Shown: positions 56,130 through 64,000 of the stretch, one piece after another
Numbering within the stretch: the first letter of the stretch is position 1
Layout of the letters: every line of letters starts with the position of its first letter
Source of the DNA: the human T2T-CHM13v2.0 reference genome, Homo sapiens
DNA: 64,000 nt
Reading direction: 5' to 3' (one strand)
Assembly (NCBI RefSeq): GCF_009914755.1
Contig: NC_060932.1
Program-made: the position numbers and the translations under genes
The notes under the pieces: model-generated
The model's database searches: none
What the model was told of the DNA's origin: nothing
The model's input: the letters and a program-made list of their open reading frames with translations, nothing else

Positions 56130-57110
56130 AGATACTCTTTTGCCGTTACCTTTTTTTCACTTAACAATATATTCAGCAGTCACATCATATTGGTCCAAAG
56201 AGGTCTTCCTTATTGTTTTCTATAGTTGCCTAGTACTCCATTGCACGAATGTACCAAAGTTTATTCAACCACTGTTCTGTGAATGAGTATTTAGAGTTTT
56301 CCAGTACTTTACAATAATAAGTTTGTATGTGTTTTTATATTGTTGGAGGCATGTCTTCAGAGTCAAAAGACAATTGTCAATTGAATTTGTCGAAAGACAA
56401 ATTTCTAAGAAATGGGACCATAGGTGAAACATAAATGCACATATAGTATTTTTAGGAGTTCTCCTCTCCAGAAAGGTTCTACAGGTTTGCATTCCACCAG
56501 TACTGTATGGGAGTGCCTGCTTCCCAGCTAGCCCGGGCAACGGAATGCATGATCATGCCTCTTAATTCTTACAAATTTGATAGGTGAGAAACAGTATCTC
56601 AGTGTTGTTTTTAATTTGCATTTCTCTAATTACAAGTGAGGTGCAACATCCTTTTATATGTTTAAGGGATATATACATATGTGTATGTATCTATACATAT
56701 ACATGTATAATATACATAACAATTAAAAACACATAAATATATACACATACATACACAAACGCAAATTGTATCCATCTCCCAATTTCAATTTTTAAGTTTT
56801 CTCAATATCAGTTACTTTGGTTATGTGTGCTATATGTTGCAAATATTTTCTTCCTGTTTGACAATTGTCTTTTGACTTCTTTTATAGTGATTTCTTACCA
56901 TGCATTTTATAAAATGTAATCATTTGTGTTATGTTTACTTGCTTCTTGATTTGAGTCATGGTGAGAAGACCTTTCTTTTCCTACACTGAGGTTAAAAAGG
57001 AATTCACCCATATTTTATTCTGGTATTTGTTATAATTTCTTTGCTTACTTTCGAGTGTATTAGAGTGTATGGTGTGAATTAAGGATCTGATACGATCTTT
57101 TCCTAAATTG
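56130..57110 (-). mobile_element. L1MC-like fragment
   Basis: TTTAATTTGCATTTCTCTAAT and GTTGCAAATATTTTCT antisense L1 motifs. Confidence 0.7.
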
Positions 57111-57129
57111 CTATGCTGAGGCCTTTTTG

Positions 57130-57980
57130 ACGGTTTGTCCGCCATCACTTTCAGAGGCGCTCCGCGCGAACCCCGAAAATCTGTGCAAAATTCTCAGGGT
57201 TAGGGGAAGAGCATGGGTGGAGAGTAAAGTGAAGCGGGCCAAGAGATTTCTTGCATTAAATGTTTAGAAGAACCAACCAGTTAAAGGAAATAAAAATCTG
57301 CCGGTATGTAACCGCTGGGTGGGCTTCTCCATTTCTCCGTGTCACCCTCCCCCAGCCGGCCTCTTAGCTTCTCGGCTTTGGGTGGCGGAGACCGTTTAGT
57401 TCTGGGACAGACCGTCGGGGGCTGACTCCGGGGGTTTGCGGGCGCCGAGCTGCCTCCGCGCGCGTTCCACTCCTTCAGCGTGGAAAAGAAAACCCTCAGC
57501 GGCCAGAGAGGCGGCGGGGCCTTCCCGGATCGCTGATTCGGGGAGCCGCAGGCGGGGACGCTGCTGGGCGACGCTTATCTGCGCCGCGCTCGCCAGCTCC
57601 GTTTCAATTAACATTCCAGTGCCGCCGCCCGCCGCGGGAGCGGAGTCCCCACCAGCCCCTGGAAAAATAAACTCTAGGCCTAGCGGCTGTGCGTGCGTGT
57701 GTGTGTGCGTGCGTGTGTGCATGTGTGTGTGTGTGCGCGCGCGTGTGTGTGTCTGTAGAGCCGACAGAGTCCCAGATCAGTGCAGTCCAGAGCTGCCTAT
57801 CCCCGGGTCGCGGTTCCCTGCGGGGTCGAGCCTGCGCCGGGCTGCAGCTCTCTGTCCCACTGCGCGGCGGGATGGCAGCTGCTCTTTTAATAAACTAGCA
57901 GTCGGCGGTCTGAGCCCTACAATATCCCCAAAGCCTGGTGTGCGATGGAACACATGGCTGCGTCCCCAGACCCCGAGAGG
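57130..57980. promoter_or_regulatory. Upstream orphan CpG island
   Basis: CpG-rich unique sequence with no recognisable coding exon. Confidence 0.75.
57688..57752. repeat. Alternating purine-pyrimidine (TG/CG) tract
   Basis: 65 nt of uninterrupted alternation including a (GC)4 run. Confidence 0.95.
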
Positions 57981-58819
57981 GGAGTTGCACACACATTGCT
58001 GACCTTGAGGGTCAGACAGACCCTTTCTCGTCTAGTTTTTAGCATCAGATGTAACCTCAGCTTGGGCTTCTATGATCTCATCGATGTCCTTTTGAGATAA
58101 GCAGGGCAGACGTCCTTCTCTCCATTCCAGGGATGGGATGTTGAGGCTCAGAGGAGTCCCTTAACTTGTTTATAGCCGCTGGCCAGCCTCTTGCCTAGGG
58201 AGGGGGACATGACAGGTCTGCTATTCATGGTTTCCCGGGGCTGAGCCCAGGGCTCCAAGTTGCACTTTCCTTAAGAAGTTACCAACCTGCACATTGCTAT
58301 AAATAAGTTTCTACTGTCGCTATTGTTATTCTCTACAAATGTAAAATATGTCAACATCTCTCCTTGTGCCCACTGAATATAGGGCCACCCACCCCCGCCA
58401 CTGGCTGTATATGTGGGAGGTGTCCACAGTGAATAACATTCTAAATGGAATCTTTCTACCAAAAAAAAAAAAAAAAAAGCCATTTAAACAAACAAACAAA
58501 CAGAAACCCTTGTTGATTTCTTTCTTCAACATAATTGCAAGTTCCCAAGGATTGTTCCTGAATTCACCCTCCAGGGGCCTCCTGTGACTTGCTAGAGCCA
58601 GCCCAGGCTTCTGAACTTGTTTTTCTAATTAAAAGCTATTTTTGGGGTATAATACAGATAAACTAGTTGTGCTTGTGAGTTTAACTTTTAAAAGACTTTT
58701 TAAGCACATTCTTCAGGAAAAGGAGAAACCTGCTAAGGTGAGGTCGGTCAGGCCAAACTAGAAGCAGTTCTAAGTGTTAAGAGCAGCTGTGAAGTGGGCT
58801 TCCCAGTTAAATACCATCC

Positions 58820-59659
<840 letters not shown>

Positions 59660-61249
59660 GCACAACACTCTTTGAGTCCTAAGGCACTCATAGTCTGACC
59701 ATCTATTGCCCCCTGAGGCAACAACTGTCAGACTATGTCCCTAGCCATCTGTGGGACCACCCAGCCCTGGAGGGTGTCTTGCATGGAAGGAACTTAATTT
59801 GTAGTATGGCCACAGGCTTCCATGTTCCTTAATCCTGGAAGGATGCCAGGGAAAGTGGGAAGTCTCCTAAGATCCTCCACCAATGCCCAGGGAACTTGTG
59901 GATGCTTCCCTCAACACACAGGAGAAGGGCATGTGAGTTACTGTGCAGGGGGAGTGAAGGCGAAGCCCAGGGCCTGGGGAGCTGCTGCAGCACAGTCCAT
60001 TACTCTTTCCCCAGTGGCCGCTCTCCAAACATGCATAGCAGTGGTGGGAGGGGGAGTGCTGTGTGGAGCAACTACATGGACAAAGATGGAGCAGGCAGGC
60101 ACAGCGGCATGCTGATGTTTGGTGCCATGTAGATAAATTATCCTGATAACCAAGTGTGTGCTTCCCCTTCTACCTCCTCCCCAGACAGTCTGACGCTGGG
60201 TAGAAGTATTAGAGAGCAGGATGGGTCATTTAAAAGCGACCCAGGGAACGTCTTATTTTGATCAGGTCCATTTTATGTAAGAGAATTAGGCCCAGAAGGC
60301 TCTCACTGTGCCAGAGCTGCTCATCCAACTTCCTTTGGCAGGACTCCTCACTCCAGGGCCTGGAGCAGGGTTGGAGTGGACCTGTGGCCAGAAGACCCTG
60401 GGCATGCTTGGGGTAGGTGGAGGATGGAAGGGGAATACATTTACCCTAAAAGAAGCTGCTAATTCATTCTCCATTCCCGAGTCCTAGCAATTTGAGAGAT
60501 TGCAGAACAGAAATTATAAGAAAAAGTTATAGAATGTTTGACTCTGAACCATCATGCTGACTGTCAAATAGTCACATCTTCAAAATTTTACTGTTTCCTT
60601 TTGATCCCCCTGAGAGTCTGGGAATAGAGATAGGAAGGGAGGAGCTGAAATTGTGTTTGTTAAAATACACAGGAGAGAGTGTCAAACCAAGTTTATGCAG
60701 AGAATAAAGCTGCCAGTCCTAACAATAATTGTTATTTCCTGTCTTATTCCAGGAGGGACTCTTTATCAAAAGCTAATATTTGGCTATTAATTTACCCAAC
60801 TCTAGGCATTATCAACTACCCCCTTCATTTTTACAGACAGGGCCAGAGAAATCGAATAATGTGATTGAAAGCACATCCTTCGAAGCAAAGGATCAGGGCT
60901 TCTATTCTGCTGGGAATGCCACATTCCTCCCTGGGTCTTCTAGGCATGAGTTAGGTGTGTGTGGGGTATCAGCTTTTGGCATTCTCCCCCCGCCCTGCCT
61001 TCTTACCTAGTGCCTTTCTGCCAAGTAGCTTTAAATAAACATGGTTGGTTTAATTATAAACGATTCACTAAAATTCACAGCATTGCTTTTCCATTTTGAA
61101 GGGAGGGGTGGACTAAATATTAATAATAGCTAGTACTCATTCTGTGCTTACCAGGTGCTATGCTTTCTGTGGATATTTCTCGTGTGTTTGTACAATTCCT
61201 TACCCGTAGCATTACCTCTTCTGCCAGATGTCCTCATAGCTCCTTCAGG

Positions 61250-62400
61250 TCTTTGCTTAGGTCAGCTTGATTTCTGCCTTTAGGAGCTTACACTGGGGAG
61301 GGAGGAACAGGAAATAAACAAGAAATATAACATATGGGTAAATTGCATAGCATGTTAGAAGGTAATATAAGATAAGGGGTAAGGGGGAGGAGGGATGTGC
61401 GTGTGCCATGCATGTGTGTTGCACAAAGGTGAGCAATTGCAATTTTAAGAAGAAAATTCAGGAATAGGCCTCTTTGAGAGGGTGCCCTTTGAGCAAGGGA
61501 CCCAAGGGAGGTGGGGAAAGGAGCCATGTGGGTGTCTGGAGGGAGTGTGCAAAGGCCCAGAGGTGGGCTCACTCTTGGTATGTTTGAGAATCAATGTGCT
61601 GAGGATAGATGGAGTGGAGTGAATGAGGGGAAGAGGGAAGAGGGGGTAGAGGAGATGAGGTCAGAGAGGTAAGGGGGCCTTGATAGGCTAGTGAAGATCT
61701 TTGGCTTTTACTTTTGAGGCAAACTGAGAACACGGGAAGGTTTTCAGTAGAAGAGTATATAATACATAATGTGACTTAAGATCGTGAAAGCACTCCTTGT
61801 TGTCTGTGTTAGAATAGGTTACAGGACCACAGAGGTGGAAGGAGCAAGACTTGTTCAGAGGCCATTGCAATAATCTAGACAGCAGACCCAGGTGGAAACA
61901 GTGGAGGTGGTGAAAAGTGGTCAGATTCAGAGTGTATTCTGAAGAGTGAGGGAACAGGGTTTCCAGACCGATTGGACGTAGACAGTAAGACACAATGATG
62001 AGTCAAGGATGATTCTGTTTTTTTGGCTTGAGCAAATGGAAAGGTGGAGTTGCTGTCAGTTGAGAAGGAAAAGGCCACAGGCAGAAGAAGTTTTGGGAAG
62101 ACCAAATGTTCAGTTTTAAAATTTGAGCTGATTATGAAATACCAGGTAGAGATCTCCATTAATACTTAGAGTCAGGCATTCAGGAGACAGGCCTAGGCTG
62201 AGAATATGTATTTGAGAGTTATTGACATGTGGATGATATTTAAAGGCATTATCCCAGATGAGATCACCAAGAAAGTGAGTGTAAACAGAGAAGAAAAGAA
62301 GTCCAAAACCAAATTCTCGGGTAACCCAAAAGTTAAGAGGGCCGGGGATAGGAGAAATTCACAAACCACCTCTTCTGAACTCTGCAAAAAAGGTCAATGT
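61250..62400 (-). mobile_element. L2 LINE fragment
   Basis: AGGAGCTTACA..., GAGATGAGGTCAGAGAGG and TTTGGCTTGAGCAAATGGAAAGG are typical antisense L2a text. Confidence 0.8.
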
Positions 62401-62946
62401 TATTATTATTTTCTGTAAATGTGCTGAGCTGATCTAGATGAAAACAAACCAAAGAGTCATCACCACCAAATACATTTTGTGAACCTGCACTGGATACTGG
62501 CTAAAAGGAAGCTATGACAAACAAACCCTTTTGGGACAATTGGAGAAATCTGAATAGATATTAGATGGTATCATATTAATGTTAATTTTCTTAGCTGTAA
62601 TAGTAGTAGAGTGGTTTTGTTGAAAGTCATGGCATACGCAACTTTCAAATGGCTCAACAAATACACATGGAGAGAGAACAAATGTGGCAAAATGGCAATA
62701 GCTGGTGAATGGTTAGGTGATTAGTTGGGTGAGGGAAATACCAGTGGGTATTCATTGCCCTGTTCTTTCAATTTTCCTATAGTATGAAAATTTCAAAATA
62801 AAACTGTCAGAGAAAAAAAGTTTGGGTGAACCAGTATAGGAGACTCCAGAGAAGAGCAGAACAACCAGAGAGGGCAATGGGTGTCCTGGAAGCCAAGTGA
62901 AGGAAGTGTGTAAAGCAGGAGGGAATAAAATCCACGTAAAATGCAA

Positions 62947-63298
<352 letters not shown>

Positions 63299-64000
63299 TT
63301 AAAAACAGAGAGTTAATGGTGACCTTGGCAGGGTGGCTGGGCAGGTGGGTGGGTGACAGTCACCTCTGCTGGCTAAACCCAAAGGATGGGCATGCTGATT
63401 CAGAGCCTGGGCCTCCAGAAGCCAGGAATGCGTGTGTGTGGTCACTCATCTTTGTGGAGGATGAGTCACGGTGAATGAATTGGGTGGCTGTACCAGGCAG
63501 GAGGGGGACCCGGGGGCTCCGCCTTGGCTCTCCAGTTTGGCAACAGAGATTGGCTTTTCTCTGGCAGCGCTCAGGGGTGGTTCAAAGAAACCTCTGAGTA
63601 TAGTAACTGGGATTGGCTTTTATTTGACAGGGAGTAGGTTAATTCAAATGGAGAAGGTTGCATAGAAAGACCAAAATAACTGGAATAAAGAGTATGTTTA
63701 TTAAGCAAATTCCAGTCTTCTCCAGGCAGAAAACAGCAGAGGTTTCTTCTCCATCCCTCCCTTCCTCCCTTTTCTCTCTCTCTCTTTGTCTTTCTCTCTC
63801 TCTCTCTCTCATCTGCTGCCTGAATTACCCCAGTAGTTGCTTCAATTCTGAGTTTTCTAGGGATATAGACCTGGCCTCAGAGTTGATTGCACAGAAACCA
63901 GCCTTGATGACAGATCTGCCCTCACCTCAAGGAGCCAAAACAGTTTTGAAAATGTCATGAGTCAATCTCAGTCTCTCTTTTTTTCTCGATCACTCTCCTT

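Noticed and set aside
60720-60734. TAACAATAATTGTTA palindrome as a SOX dimer site
   Set aside because: The 1-nt spacer is atypical for SOXE dimers and short AT palindromes are common.

Overview
Human-type genomic DNA from the NKX3-1/NKX2-6 homeobox locus (8p21 by established knowledge). Two intact two-exon genes lie on the minus strand: NKX3-1 (CDS 25835-25550 + 24585-24167, 234 aa) and NKX2-6 (CDS 49556-49283 + 46040-45409, 301 aa). This is the vertebrate NK4-NK3 (tinman-bagpipe) pair, set in several CpG islands. The rest is mostly Alu, L1, L2, MIR, LTR and DNA-transposon relics; subfamily names are by eye and approximate. I found no credible novel stand-alone protein-coding gene. The least-explained structure is three inverted duplications around NKX3-1 that ordinary transposition does not account for: a ~1 kb spaced palindrome (~260 bp arms) just upstream of the promoter, a 182 bp ~98%-identical inverted templated insertion with a 15 bp target duplication, and a 184 bp AT-rich foldback with a perfect 18 bp core stem. 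NKX2-6 also carries a strong-Kozak overlapping uORF and a tandem +4 splice donor that would open a 359 aa homeodomain-less frame. A candidate extended CTCF site lies between the two genes. All alignments and counts were done by hand.
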